From positions 38,192,001 through 38,256,000 of the forward strand of contig OZ024744.1 of assembly GCA_964016885.1 (NCBI GenBank): a stretch of DNA of 64,000 bases. The letters are read 5' to 3'. The translations under genes and the position numbers were made by a program. Numbering within the stretch: the first letter of the stretch is position 1; each line of letters begins with the position of its first letter. The DNA is from Eledone cirrhosa. Lineage: Eukaryota. Below the pieces are notes generated by a model, which was not told the origin of the DNA, made no database searches, and worked only from the letters and a program-made list of their open reading frames with translations. Below, piece after piece: positions 1 to 16,640 of the stretch.

Positions 1-3000
1 GACAATACACATATGACACTACAGGTATATAACTATACATATATGGCACTACACATATGACACTTCACTATGAGACTACACATATCACACTACCAATTTG
101 ACACTACACATATGACACTATACTACACCTATGGCACTACAAATATGACACTACACATATGACACTACACTTATGACACTACACATAGGACACTGCATGT
201 GTGACACTGCACATATGGCACTACACATATGACACTACACATATGACACTACACATGTGACACTACACATAAGACACGACATATATGACAGTACACCTAT
301 GACACTACAAATATGACACTAAGACACTACACATATGACACTACAGATTTAACACTACAGAGATGAAACTACATACAAGACGCTACACATATAACACTAA
401 ACATGTGACACTACACATGTGACACTACATATGACACTACACATATGACCCTACACATGTGACACTATACATATTACACTACACATATGACAGTACACCT
501 ATGACAATTCATATGAAACTACGTATATGACACTCTGACACTACACTATGACACTACACATATGACAGTATTCTATGACACTAAACTATGACAGTACACA
601 TATCAGACTACAAATATTACGCTTCACATATACGACACTGCACATATGAAACTACACATATGACTCTACCCATAGGACACTACACATATGACGCTACAAA
701 TATGACACTACACATGTGACAATACATATAAGACACTATATATTACACTACACATATGACACTATGACACTACACATATGACACTACACATATGACACAA
801 TATCAACACCTATGGAACTACCCATATGATACTACACACATGACACTACACGTATGACACTACATATATGACACTACACTTATGACACTACACATATGAC
901 AGAACACATATGACACTACACATATGACACTACATGTGTGACACAAAACATATGGCACTACACATATGACACTACACATCTGATACTACACATATGACAC
1001 TACACTACACCTATGTCACTACACATATGATACTACACATATGGCTCTAAATAAATGACACTAGACATATGACCCTACACATATGACACTGCATATATGA
1101 CATTACAGGTGTGACAATACACATATGGCACTACACATATGACACTACACATATGACACTATACCTATGACACTACACATATCACAATACATATATGACA
1201 CTACACATATTGCACTACACATATGACACTACACTATGACACTAAACCTATGACACAACACATATGACACTACAAATATGAAACTATGACACTACACATA
1301 TGACACTACAAATATAACACTACACATATGAAACTACATATAAGAAACTACACATATGAGGCTATACATATGAGAGTACATTTGGTACTACACTATGACA
1401 CTGCACTATGACACTACACATATGACAGTACTCTATAACACTACACTGTGACACTACACATATAACACTACACATATGATATAATATATATGACACTACA
1501 CATATGACACTACACATATACCACTAGACATATGACACTACACTACACATATGACACTCCAGATATGACACTACACATGTATCACTACACATGTGTCACT
1601 ACATATATGAGACTACACCTATGACACTACGCATAGGACACTACATATATGACACTACACATTTGACACTATGACACTACACATATGACACTACTCATGT
1701 TACACTACACATGTGACACTACATATGACACTATACATATGACACTTCATATATGACACTACACATATGACACTACACTATGACATAACGATATTACCCT
1801 AAAGCTATGATAATACACATATGACACTACATATATGACACTGCAATTGTGACACTCCACATATGACACTACTCATATTGCACTACACATATAACACTAC
1901 ACATATGACACTTCAATATGACACTACACTATGACACTATACATATGACACTACACATGTGATACTACACATGTGTCACTACATATGACACTACACATTT
2001 GACACTACATATATGAAACTATACCTATGACCCTACACATATGACACTACATATATGACTCTACACCTGTGACATTACACGTATGACACTACACTATGAC
2101 ACTACACATATTACACTACACATATGATACTACATATATCACACTACACATATGACACTACTCATATGACACAAAAATATGTCACACTACATATATGACA
2201 CTACACATGAAACTACACATATGACACTACATATATGACACTACACATGTGACACTAGACATGTGACACTACATAAATGAAACTACACATATGACACTAC
2301 TAATATGAAACTACACCTATGACACAATACACATATGCCACTACACATATGACACTATACTACACCTAATGCACTACACATATCACACTACACATATGAC
2401 ACTACACATAAGACACTACACCTATGACACTACACATATGACACTACACATATGACACTACACATATGACACTACACATATGACACTACACATATGAAAC
2501 TACACATGTAACACTACACATGTGTAACTTCGTATGACACTACATATATGACACTACATATATGACACTATACCTATGACACTACACATATGACACTATG
2601 ACAATACACATATGAGACTACAGGTATATAACTATGCATATGACACTACATATGAGACACTACATATATGACACTACACATGTGACATCTCACATGTGAC
2701 ACAACATATGACACTACTCATATGACACTACATATATGACACTAACATATGACACATATGATACTACGCATATGGCTCTACACATATGTCACTACACATA
2801 TGACACTTCACTATGACACTACACATATCACACTACAAATTTGAGACTACACATATGACACTATACTACACCTATGGCACTACAAATATGACACAACACA
2901 TATGACACTACACTTATGACACTACACATAAGACAATACACGTGTGACACTGCACATATGACACTACACATGTGACACTAAACATAAGAAACGACATATA

Positions 3001-6000
3001 TGACACTACACATAAGACACGACATATATGACACTACACCTATGACACTACAAATATGACACTAAGACACTACACATATGACACTACAGATTTAACACTA
3101 CAGATATTAAACTACATACAAGACGCTACACATATAACACTACACATGTGACACTACACATGTGACACTACATATGACACTACACATATGACCCTACATA
3201 TATGACACTATACATATTACACTACACATATGACACTACACCTATGACACTTCATAGGAAACTACGTATATGGCACTCTGACACTACAGTATGACACTAT
3301 CCATATTGCACTACACATATGACACTACACATATGACACTACACATATGAAACTACACATGTAACACTACACATGTGTCACTACGTATGACACTACATAT
3401 ATGACACTACATATATGACACTATACCTATGACACTACACATATGACACTATGACAATACACATATGACACTATACATATATGTCACTACACATATGACA
3501 CTTCACTATGACACTACACATATCACACTACAAATTTGACACTACACATATGACACTATACTTCACCTATGGCACTACAAATATGACACTACACATATGA
3601 CACTACACTTATGACACTACACATAGGACACTACATGTGTGACACTGCACATATGGCACTACACATATAACACTACACATATGACACTACACATGTGACA
3701 CTACACATTAGACATGACATATATGACACTACACCTATGACACTACAAATATGACACTAAGACACTACACATATGACACTACAGATTTAACACTACAGAG
3801 ATGAAACTACATACAAGACGCTAGACATATAACACTAAACATGTGACACTACACATGTGACACTACATATGACACTACACATATGACCCTACACATATGA
3901 CACTACACATATTACACTACACATATGACAGTATACCTATGACACTTCATATGAAACTACGTATATGACACTCTGACACTACACTATGACACTACACATA
4001 TGACAGTATTCTATGACACTAAACTATGACAGTACACATATCAGACAACACATATAACGCTTGACATATACGACACTACACATATGACACTACACATATG
4101 ACTCTACCCATAGGACACTACACATATGACACTACAAATATGACACTACACATGTGACAATACATATATGACACTATATATTACACTACACATATGACAC
4201 TATGACACTACACATATGACACTATGACACTACACATATGACACTACACATATGACACTACACATATGACACTACACATATGACACAATATGAACACCTA
4301 TGGAACTACACATATGATACTACACATATTACACTACACATATGACACTACATATATGACACTACACTTATGACACTACACATATGACAGAACACATATG
4401 ACACTACACATATGACATTACATGTGTGACACAAAACATATGGCACTACACATATGACATTACACATATGAAACTACACATGTAACACTACACTTGTGTC
4501 TCTACATATGACACTACACATATGACACTACATATATGGCACTACACCTATGCCACTACACATATGACACTATGGCACTACACATATGACACTACTCATA
4601 TGACACAAAAACATGTCACACTACATATATGACACTACACATGAAACTACACATATGACACTACATATATGACACTACACATGTGACACTACACATGCGA
4701 CACTACATAAATGATACTAAACATATGACACTACATATATGACACTACAGATATGAAACTACACCTATGACACAATACACATATGCCACTACACATATGA
4801 CACTATACTACACCTAAGGCACTACACATATGATACTACACATATGACACTACACATATGACACTACACCTAAGGCACTACACATATGACACTACACATA
4901 TGACACTACACATATGACACTACACATATGACACTACACATATGACACCGCATGTGTGACATTACACATATGGCACTACACATATAACAGTACACATATG
5001 ACACTACACATATGAAACTACACATGTAACACTACACGTGTGTCACTACGTATGACACTACATATATGACACTACATATATGACACTATACCTATGACAC
5101 TACACATATCACACTACAAATTTGACACTACACATATGACACTATACTACACCTATGGCACTACAAATATGACACTACACATATGACACTACACTTATAA
5201 CACTACACATAGGACACTACATGTGTGACACTGCACATATGGCACTACACATATGACACTTCACATATGTCACTACACATATGACACTACACATATGACA
5301 CTACACATGTGACACTACACATAAGACACGACATATATGACACTACACCTATGACACTACAAATATGACCCTATACACTACACATATGACACTACAGATT
5401 TAACACTACAGATATGAGACTACATACAAGACGCTACACATATAACACTACACATGTGACACTACACATGTGACACTACATATGGCACTACACATATGAC
5501 CCTACATATATAACACTACACATATTACACTACACATATGACACTACACCTATGACACTTCATATGAAACTACGCATATGACACTCTGACACTACACTAT
5601 GACACTACACATATAACAGTATTCTATTACACATATGACAGAACACCTATAACACTACATATATATGACACTACATATATGACACTACATATATGACACT
5701 ACACATAGGACACTACTCATATGCAACTGCACATGTGACACTACATATATGGCACTACACATGAAACTACACATATGACACTACATATATGACACTACAC
5801 ATGTGACACTACACATGTGACACTACATATATGACACTACACTTATGACACTACACATATGACACTACACATATGACACAAGTGACACAATACACATATG
5901 ACACTACACATATGACACTATATCAACACCTATGGAACTACACATATGATACTACACATATGACACTACACTTATGACACTACACATATGACAGAACACA

Positions 6001-9000
6001 TATGACACTACACATATGACACTACATGTATGACACTACACATATGGCACTACACATATGACACTACACATATGACACTACATATATGACACTATACCTA
6101 TAACACTACACATATGACACTACATATATGGCACTACACCTATGCCACTACACATATGACACTATGACACTACAAATATGACACTACAGGTATATAACTA
6201 TACATATGACACTACCTATAAGACACTACACATATAACACTACACATGTGACACTACACATGTGACACTACATATGACACTACACATATGACACTACATA
6301 TATACCACTAACATATGACACTACACTATGACACTACACTATGACACTAAACCTATGACACTACACATAGGACACTACACATATAACACTACACATGTGA
6401 CACTACACATATGATACTACACATATGGCACTACACATATGTCACTACACGTATGACACTTCACTATGACACTACACATAGGACACTACATGTGTGACAT
6501 TACACATATGGCACTGCACATATGACACTACACATATGACACTATACTACACCTATGGCTCTACACATATGACACTACACATATGACACTACACTTATGA
6601 CACTACACATAGGACACTACATGTGTGACATTACACATATGGCACTACACATATGACACTACACATTTGACACTACACATATGTCACTACACGTATGACA
6701 CTTCACTATGACACTACACATATGACACTACACATATGACACTATTCTACACCTATGGCTCTACACATATAACACTACACATATGACACTACACTTATGA
6801 CACTACACATAGGACACTACATGTGTGACATTACACATATGGCATTAGACATATGACTCTACACATATAACACTACTAATGTAACACTACACATGAGTCT
6901 CTACATTACATATGACACTACACATATGACACTACACATATGAGACTACACATGTGACACTACACCTATGACACTACAAATATTACACTATGATACTACA
7001 CATATGACACTACAGATTTAACACTACACATATGAAACTACATATAAGACACCACTCATATGACACTACACATGTGACACTACTCATGTGACACTACATA
7101 TGACACTACACATATGACACTTCATATGACACAACGCATATGACACTATGACACTACACTATGACACTACACATATGTTAGTATTCTATGACACTACACT
7201 ATAACAGTACACATATCAGTCTACACATATGACACTACTCCTGTGATACTAGACATATGACACTACACATATGACACTACACATATGACACTACATATAT
7301 GACACTACACATATGACACTACATATATGACACTACACATATGACGCTACACCTATGACACTAGAGATATGACAGTACACATATGACACTACATATATGA
7401 CACTACACATATGACACTAAATATATGACACTACACATATGACACTACACTATGACACTACACGTATTCCACTACACATATGTCACTACATATATGACAC
7501 TGCGCCTATGACACTACACATATGACACTACATATATGACGCTACATATACGACATTACATATATGTCACTACATATATGACACTACACATGTGACACTA
7601 TACATTTGCCGCTACACATATCAAACTACACATGTGACGCTACACATGTGACACTTCATATGGCACTATACATATGACACTACATATATGACACTACACA
7701 TATGACACTGCACTCTGACACTACACTATGACACTCCATCTATGACAGTACATATATGACACTACATATATGCGACTACACATATGACACTATGACACTA
7801 CACTATGACACTACACATATGACACTACACATATAACACTACACATATGACACTACACATATGACACTACACATATGACATTACATATATGACACTACAC
7901 TATCACACTACACATATGACACTACACATATGACACTCCACATGTGCCACTACACATGTGACACTATATATATATGACACTACACATATGAGACTACATA
8001 TATGACACTATAGATTTGACACTACACATATGACACAATAACATGACACTACACATATGACACTACAGATACGACACTACATATATAACACTACACATAT
8101 GACACTACACATATGACTCTACATATATGACACTGCACATATGACAGTACAAATATGACACTACACATATGACACTACACATATGACACTAAATATATGC
8201 CACTACACATATGACACTACACTATGACACTACACGTATGACACTACGCATATGTCACTACATTTAAGACACTACACCTATGACACTACACATATGACAC
8301 TATGACATTACACATATGACACTACATATATGACGCTACATATATGACATTACATATATGTCACTACATATATGACACTACACATGTGACACTACATATA
8401 TGACACTACACATATGACATTACATATATGACGCTACATATATGACATTACATATATGTCACTACATATATGACACTACACATGTTACACTATACATTTG
8501 CCGCTACACATATGAAACTACATATGTGAGACTACACATGTGACACTACATATGACACTACACATATGACACTACATATATGACACTACACATATGACAC
8601 TGCACTCTGACACTACACTATGACACTATACCTATGACACTACATATATGACACTACATATATGACACTACACATATGACACTATGACAGTACACTATGA
8701 CACTACACATATGACACTACACATATGACAGTACACATATAACACTACACATATATGACACTACACATATGACATTACATATATGACGCTACATATATGA
8801 CATTACATATATGTCACTACATATATGACACTACACATGTTACACTATACATTTGCCGCTACACATATGAAACTACATATGTGAGACTACACATGTGACA
8901 CTACATATGACACTACACATATGACACTACATATATGACACTACACATATGACACTGCACTCTGACACTACACTATGACACTATACCTATGACACTACAT

Positions 9001-9934
9001 ATATGACACTACATATATGACACTACACATATGACACTATGACAGTACACTATGACACTACACATATGACACTACACATATGACAGTACACATATAACAC
9101 TACCCATATATGACACTACACATATGACATTACATATATGACGCTACATATATGACATTACATATATGTCACTACATATATGACACTACACATGTTACAC
9201 TATACATTTGCCGCTACACATATGAAACTACATATGTGACACTACACATGTGACACTACATATGACACTACACATATGACACTACATATATGACACTACA
9301 CATATGACACTGCACTCTGACACTACACTATGACACTATACCTATGACACTACATATATGACACTACATATATGACACTACACATATGACACTATGACAG
9401 TACACTATGACACTACACATATGACACTACACATATGACAGTACACATATAACACTACACATATATGACACTACACATATGACACTACACATATATGGCA
9501 CTACACATATGACACTACACATATGACACTACACATATTCCACTACACATATGCCATTACATATATGACACTACACTATCACACTACACATATGACACTT
9601 CACATATGACACTCCACATGTGGCACTACACATGTGATACTATATATATGACACTACACATATGACACTACATATATGACACTACAGATTTGACACTACA
9701 CATATGACACAATAACATATGACACTACACATATGACACTACACATACGACACTACATATATAACACTAGACGTATGACACTACACATATGACACTACAC
9801 GTATGTCACTACACATATGACACTACACATATGACACTACATATATGACACTGCACATATGTCACTACACATATGGCACTACATATATGATACTCCACAT
9901 ATGACACTACGCATGTGACACTACATATATGAGA
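1..9934. repeat. Satellite array, 14-bp monomer ATATGACACTACAC (truncated by window start)
   Basis: Continuous tandem GACACTACACATAT with variants (CACATGTG, CACCTATG, shorter deletion units); ends abruptly near 9934. Confidence 0.98.
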
Positions 9935-9988
9935 CCATAGAACTCTTACATTTCCCTTCCTTTTCTATGTTTAATTATTAATTATCGT

Positions 9989-10187
9989 GGCGGTGGATTG
10001 GCAGTATCGGTAGAGTGTCGGACACCATGCTTTGCAGCATAGACTTACAGACCTTTATAATCTGAGTTCAAATTCCGCCGAGATTAACTCTGCCTTTCAT
10101 CCTTATGGGGTCGAGAAAATAAAGTACCAGTAATGTACTGAGATATTTGCTGGCCTTGTGCCAAAAGTAGAGACATTTAGTAATTAT
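9989..10187 (+). mobile_element. tRNA-derived SINE, family 1 (central GCCTTTCATCC...GGGGTCGA domain, Nin/Deu-like)
   Basis: A-box-like TGGCAGTATCGG, B-box GAGTTCAAATTCC, then GCCTTTCATCCTTATGGGGTCGAGAAAATAAAGTACCAG; many copies in window. Domain name is from memory. Confidence 0.85.
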
Positions 10188-10969
10188 GAAGAAATTATAC
10201 GAAGATTATATATTGCTAATTATGATGATGATCAACATGATTAGAATGAATTGGATGATAATTACGACAACGATTCTGACAACTTTCAAAGATTTCTTTT
10301 GTTTTCTTTAACCAATTATTGGATACACAATCAATACCTCTTGGAAATATTGGGGGTGGATTCGATTCAATAAATATTAATGTATTGTGATTATTGAGAC
10401 AAACGGTATGTCCATAACTAAAACCTTTGTATTCCAGTTTCTAATACCATTTAGGGGACAATGTCCATTGAGGCAAGTATATAAATATACTAAGTTCCTC
10501 ACTTTATCTTATTCTTTAACTTTCAGTCTTAGAAAGTTCTTATTAAAATAGAATGAAAAAAAAGAGAACATAATTAAGTGAGAATGATTATAAATGAATA
10601 ATTAATACTAATTAGTGTAATTTAACCATTAATTAGAACTGACGTTTTGGGAGCCCCGGATGTGAAAACTGTAAGGGAATAATTGTAGAGATAACGAGGA
10701 TAATGAGGAAAGACAGCACCCATGAAATTTGCAATATCTTCAATACTGATAGGAGAAAGGAAAGCGAATTGAGCAGTGAACCTAGACCTGGTCCGTCTAC
10801 TTACAACAAAGTATACTCAGCAAAGGTAACCAAGAACCAGGTGTTAGTGTCAAACAGGACGATATAATAGATATAGAACACATGAACATATATGGTCATT
10901 CCAAGAGACATCCACACATTTTCCGTCTTCCATATTTTACTCAAAGTTCTATGAATTACACGAGGCTGC

Positions 10970-11058
10970 GGTAGAAATCACTTACCCAATATGCTGAGCA
11001 GTCGGATCGAACCCGAGGTTACACAGCTTGAAAATGAACTTCTAACTATTCAGCCAAT
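10970..11058 (-). mobile_element. Degenerate tRNA-SINE head
   Basis: Minus strand TGGCTGAATAGTTAG (A box) and GGTTCGATCC (B box). Confidence 0.55.
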
Positions 11059-11653
11059 ATCTAATTTCAGTGTATATAATAAGTAACATACAATGTTGAC
11101 GTTTGGAAGAGAGCAAGTGCCGAGGTTCATTTAGGTTATTGTGACGACTGATCGGAATTACATTAACCAAATCCATGCATTATTTGACATAAACCTCCAT
11201 GGCTTGAATGATCACGACCAATGATCGATAACTGATATATTGTATATCATCATTGTTCCCAGGGTCAAGACAGTCAATATAACCCCAACTATCTATTTGT
11301 TAGTGGGTTCCATGAATGAGATACGTTTATATAACGATCGAAAGGAAATAACTCGAGGTCGTCATCTGCTAAAAAAGGAAAATCTGCAGTAAGTGGAGGA
11401 AAACTTCAATTCAGCTGTTAAATATGATCCAGGCAGGTAGAGGAACAACTTCAAAATTCACATTTGATTAAATTTAGAGTTGCATACACAATGAGGAGAA
11501 ATAAAATATCAGCACAAGAGCTACTCTGATCTTAGCAAACACAACTCGTGACAACCCCGGACATGTTTCGTTCTTATTAGGCTTTTTCAGTGAAACATAA
11601 CTTTCTCATTACTTGCCAAAATGGTGATAACAGAATCATTATATGAATGTACA

Positions 11654-11870
11654 GGTGGTGGATTAGCAGTATCGGTTTTGTGTCGTACAAATTGTTTTGT
11701 GGTGTTTAGTTACGGTTTTCTACTTCCTGAGTTCAAATCCCACCGAGGTCAACTTTGCTTTTCATCCTTCCGGGGGTCGATAAAATAAAGTATTAGCAAT
11801 GCACTAAGGCTGATTTAATCCAATTTCCCCTCCTCATAACATTGTTGGCCTTTTTCCTACAGTAGAAACA
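11654..11870 (+). mobile_element. SINE family 1, full length with 16-bp TSD
   Basis: Same head and domain as 9989; flanked by ATTATATGAATGTACA (11638-11653) and ATTATATGGATGTACA (11871-11886). Confidence 0.88.
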
Positions 11871-12963
11871 ATTATATGGATGTACAATAATGAATGTAAA
11901 TTCTCCTGACAACATTATATGATAACTGAGGTATTCCGTTTACCAGAGTTTAGCTGCAAGCTAACGTTTTCCTCAGCTAAATCTTGAAAAGGGGGCTTTT
12001 GATTAATTGAAAATCATTTGCCCATATATTATGTATGTCAGCACTGACTTAGGCGACAAACATTCAGTAGATGTAAGGAAGTGGAAACACTGCATAATTT
12101 CAATCAGTTTCATTGGTTTGTTTTGCTGGATTCAAATCTTCGTGTGATACTCGAGTACGACGGAAGTATTCACATCACTTATCTACGACATTAACGACAT
12201 CTGTTGGGAAGAGATATAAATAAAATGTGAATAAAACAGGAAACTGCTCCGCCAAATGAGTACAATTAAAGTTTAACAAGGTAAGGGGGGAATCTCCACT
12301 ACGTAGACTACACACGACTTGCTATAAGTAGTAGCCGAAAGTTCTTTAAATTACTGCTACTATATTGGAGGCAAATGTATATATTTGATAATATACAAAA
12401 AGAAAAAAAAGACGAGTTCATCATGCCTGAACGTCTTTCATATGCCTGTTTAATAAATGCTGGTCACAAACAACAATGATCAATCGTTTAAGGAGCAAGA
12501 GAGGAAGCTTCCACGAATTGGATCAGCTCCATCAAATTTCACCGTAACATCTCTAAAAACAACGACAAAGTAAATATTATAGTATTTCGATATATAATAA
12601 GTCTGAAAATATGAGATCGTGGAAAGAACGTCCTTCAGAATAAGTGTGCAAGATAATGGCGGGTATAAAGTTAAAGCAACAGCTCAAATTTATATAAAAT
12701 TTTTAAATGTTCATGATTTAATAAATATAATTAACAATAATTAACATTAATTGTGTGGAAAATAATGTAAAATTTAAATAATATCAAATTATGATGATAA
12801 ATGAATATATAATTAAAAAAAAGAAAACTTTGATTTGGAACGGAAAACTGTAGTTTATTTCTTTTAATAGAAGTAATAAGACATATGTGAATGTATGCAT
12901 AAGTACATGTATGTAGACACAGGCACACACACACTCACACACGCACACATACAGGCACACACA

Positions 12964-13009
<46 letters not shown>

Positions 13010-13332
13010 CAGACACACACAAGCACACACACACACACACATATGTATTTATTATATATATGCGTGTGTGAGTGTATCTATATGTATGTATGTTTGTCTA
13101 TACGCATATATACACATGCTTGCATTTATAAAATATTGAATATAACAACGTAATGGCTCTTGACGAGGTGGTGGCGGTGTTGGTGGGGTTACTATAGAAA
13201 AAATAAGTAAAATATAATAGGAAACTAGATTATCATGTCTGGCAATTTTAAAACGTTAAAATAATAAGAATAGCTTTAGATGCACCAACACACAAACACA
13301 CACACACATACACTCCCATACATGTATGTATG

Positions 13333-13643
13333 TTTTCTCTTTCTCTTAATTTCGAGTATATTTTTTTGACCGGCCACCTTCCTGGTGGCAAGGTTGTAAA
13401 AGAAAAGAAATTGTCATCCCTTGAATCGCAAGAATGTTTTGCAAATTTTGAAGGTGCCAGCTATCGCAGCCATTTGTAGACTATGAATTAGGGAGCTGCG
13501 CTTTTTGTCCGCAAATCCAAGTTCAGTCATACTTTGGTCCAAGCGGGTTGGTATATAACCCGTAGCTCCAATAATGATGGGTATGAAGCTAAAGGTGTAT
13601 CTTGGATACTGGATTTGTAAACTCCTCATCAATGCTCCGTAGA
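13333..13643 (-). mobile_element. 5'-truncated RLE non-LTR retrotransposon (R4/Dong-like C-terminus) within (ATAC)n
   Basis: IYGALMRSLQIQYPRYTFSFIPIIIGATG...KICKTFL resembles the RLE C-terminal PI(V/I)IGAxG motif; short 3' UTR; TATG repeats on both sides. Confidence 0.7.
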
Positions 13644-13719
13644 TGTATGTATGTATGTATGTATGTATGTATGTATGTATGTATGTATGTATGTATGTAT
13701 GTATGTATGTGTTTATGTA

Positions 13720-14203
13720 TGATTTCGCTGCAGCATGCGCCAGCGGCCATACCCCGATAAATTGCTTTGGCTGGCGGGCCGAACCAGGTTGAGGGTAGCC
13801 GGACGGGTTTGAAACCCCCCGATGAGTTAGATAGGGAATGCCTACCCCTGCATGCGAAGACTGGACCCGGCGGAGTGGAGGAGGACAACATCATCCCAAC
13901 AGTCACAAAGGTGGCGACAGCAAGCAGTGTGGAGTGCTAGGGCACGGCAAGGCACTACAGACGCCGTGGCTATCCACTGCAGCCAAGGAAGTACCTGGTC
14001 GTGACGGTCCTCCGTACCACCGGATTCTGACTTCTTCGGCCGAGTGAGTGGGACCGTCACTGTACACTAGCCCTCCCACTATAAATACTTTCCCGCACAG
14101 GTTTCTTCTTTAGCGTGCACTCCCAAAGCCCTGCCCACGGCAGACGCGAACAACAACGAAGAAGATGTTATCATCGTTTACGATGGACAACCAAGATGTG
14201 TGA
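13720..14203 (+). mobile_element. GC-rich repeat, possibly the 5' UTR of an RTE-clade LINE
   Basis: GC-rich island bounded by (TATG)n and (TA)n; resembles recalled RTE leaders; no credible ORF. Confidence 0.4.
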
Positions 14204-14204
14204 T

Positions 14205-14285
<81 letters not shown>

Positions 14286-14303
14286 AGAAAGTGAACAACA
14301 CAA

Positions 14304-14379
14304 TATCTAACCCCATTACCAAAGGTTTCAGGACCCTAGACAATATTAACATACGTCTAGGTCGTTCATCAGACAGATA
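14304..14379 (-). ncRNA. Type I hammerhead ribozyme candidate between (TA)n tracts
   Basis: Minus: tatctgt-CTGATGA-acGACCTAGAC..GTCTAGgGTCct-GAAA-CC ttt GG-TA-atgg..agata; core, stem II and stem III present. Confidence 0.7.
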
Positions 14380-14392
14380 CATATATATATAT

Positions 14393-14532
14393 GTGAAGGC
14401 ATGTGGCTGAGTGGTTAGAGAATTGGATTCACAATCGTGAGGTTGTGAGTTCGATTCCTGGACCGGGCTTTGCGTTATGTCCTTGAGCAAGACACTTTAT
14501 TTCACGTTGCTCCTTCTACCAGGAGTTGCGAC
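14393..14532 (+). mobile_element. tRNA-derived SINE, family 2 (CORE-like TGTCCTTGAGCAAGACACTT)
   Basis: A box TGGCTGAGTGG, B box GAGTTCGATTCC; sister copy on minus strand at ~56555-56690. Confidence 0.85.
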
Positions 14533-14809
14533 CGATAGATAGTACTAGCAACTGGAAAGACCAACGGAAACATTGTTTCCTCGGTCCGATTTGACGAAAG
14601 TCGATCGATCCTTTATTATTATATATATATATATGTATATATAAATCGAAAATGCAACTGGTTTTAAAGAATATTTATTTATTTCCTTTATTGGTTTCAC
14701 AGTTTTATACTTTTCAAAAGAAGAATTGAGCTGAAGTTTTTTTGGTTTCTCTCGCATCAGACACTGGAACTATCTGTTGAAACGGCTAGTGCTTAGTCGT
14801 CGGAGCGTG

Positions 14810-14850
<41 letters not shown>

Positions 14851-14861
14851 GTGTGTGTGTG

Positions 14862-14955
<94 letters not shown>

Positions 14956-14974
14956 CGCGTGTGTGCGTGCATAA

Positions 14975-15030
<56 letters not shown>

Positions 15031-15044
15031 TTGTGTGTGTATAA

Positions 15045-15079
<35 letters not shown>

Positions 15080-15081
<2 letters not shown>

Positions 15082-15397
15082 CAATATGTTGAAAGGCTAA
15101 CACACTAGAGAGAGAGAGTGCGTGTGCTAGCAATAAAACAGGGAAACCACCAGTGTATGGATTCTATAACCTATGGAAGGCAGGGTAGACACACAATAAT
15201 TAAAAATATAAATTAAAATGTACGTGTGTGTTATATAGTTATAGAGGTGCGTATGAGCATTTTAATTTATATTTTCAATTATTGTGCGTCTACCCACATT
15301 CCATAGATTATAGACACCATACACTGGTGGTTTTCCGTATTTTATTGATGGCACACTCTCTCTCTCTCTGGTGTGTCACCTTTTTAACATATTGTAT
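15080..15397. repeat. Diverged ~320-bp palindrome following (TA)n
   Basis: TACAATATGTT..AAACCACCAGTGTATGG..GGGTAGAC pairs with GTCTACCC..CCATACACTGGTGGTTT..AACATATTGTA. Confidence 0.8.
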
Positions 15398-15475
15398 TTG
15401 AAAGAGCTCAAGATTCCTTTTCCTTTGAGCACATAATTGACAGGGAATAGCGAGTCTATGGCTCCATTAATTTAT

Positions 15476-15528
<53 letters not shown>

Positions 15529-15539
15529 ATATATATATA

Positions 15540-15894
15540 AAGAAAACGATTTCGTTAGCATGTATTTAAGATTTTATTGTATATCAAACTGTTACGTGCG
15601 TTTCGCAGAGGATTGGCTCAAGATCACCCATGAAATATATGGACCGGACTCCAGTATCGATTTCCTTTTCAGAGTGGTGATTGAACAAAAAATACTATAA
15701 ATATTTTTTTGTTTGTTGAAATTTCAGTCTTTAGAGCAGATCGATAATTGAGTTGTGTCCATAACTTCTATGTCGATATACAATAAAAACCTAAATACAT
15801 GTAAACGAAACTTCCTCTTTTTTTTTTAAATATATACATTCTGTCTGTGAATCTAGTACTCACATTGGTACACCGCCAGTAATTCACTGAATAC

Positions 15895-15900
<6 letters not shown>
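15540..15900. mobile_element. (TA)n-embedded element with terminal inverted segment and decayed hammerhead
   Basis: TTTCGTTAGCATGTATTTAAGATTTTATTGTATATC inverted as GATATACAATAAAAACCTAAATACATGTAAACGAAA; minus CTGAAAA...GAAACGCACGTA. Confidence 0.55.
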
Positions 15901-15963
<63 letters not shown>

Positions 15964-15971
15964 TTATATAC

Positions 15972-16010
<39 letters not shown>

Positions 16011-16202
16011 CATATTTGTATTTGATATAATATATATATATACACATCCTGATTTGGACTTTAAATCACGTCTGGTAAATTATTTGTATTTTATTGATTG
16101 TGATTAGCTATTCTTGCAGGAATGAACTATTTATTCCTGTTAGTCTAGTGAAACGTTCGAAAATCTATTAAATGCTTTAATAATAATCCGTGTCTAAACT
16201 TT

Positions 16203-16640
<438 letters not shown>

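Noticed and set aside
1-9934. CRISPR array or telomere
   Set aside because: No unique spacers, no cas genes and no TTAGGG; it is a degenerate tandem satellite.
11555-11600. Minus CTGAAAA...GAAACATGTC
   Set aside because: G8 lost and stems I and II unpaired.
9989-14470. tRNA genes
   Set aside because: A/B boxes run directly into multi-copy SINE bodies; no full cloverleaf seen.
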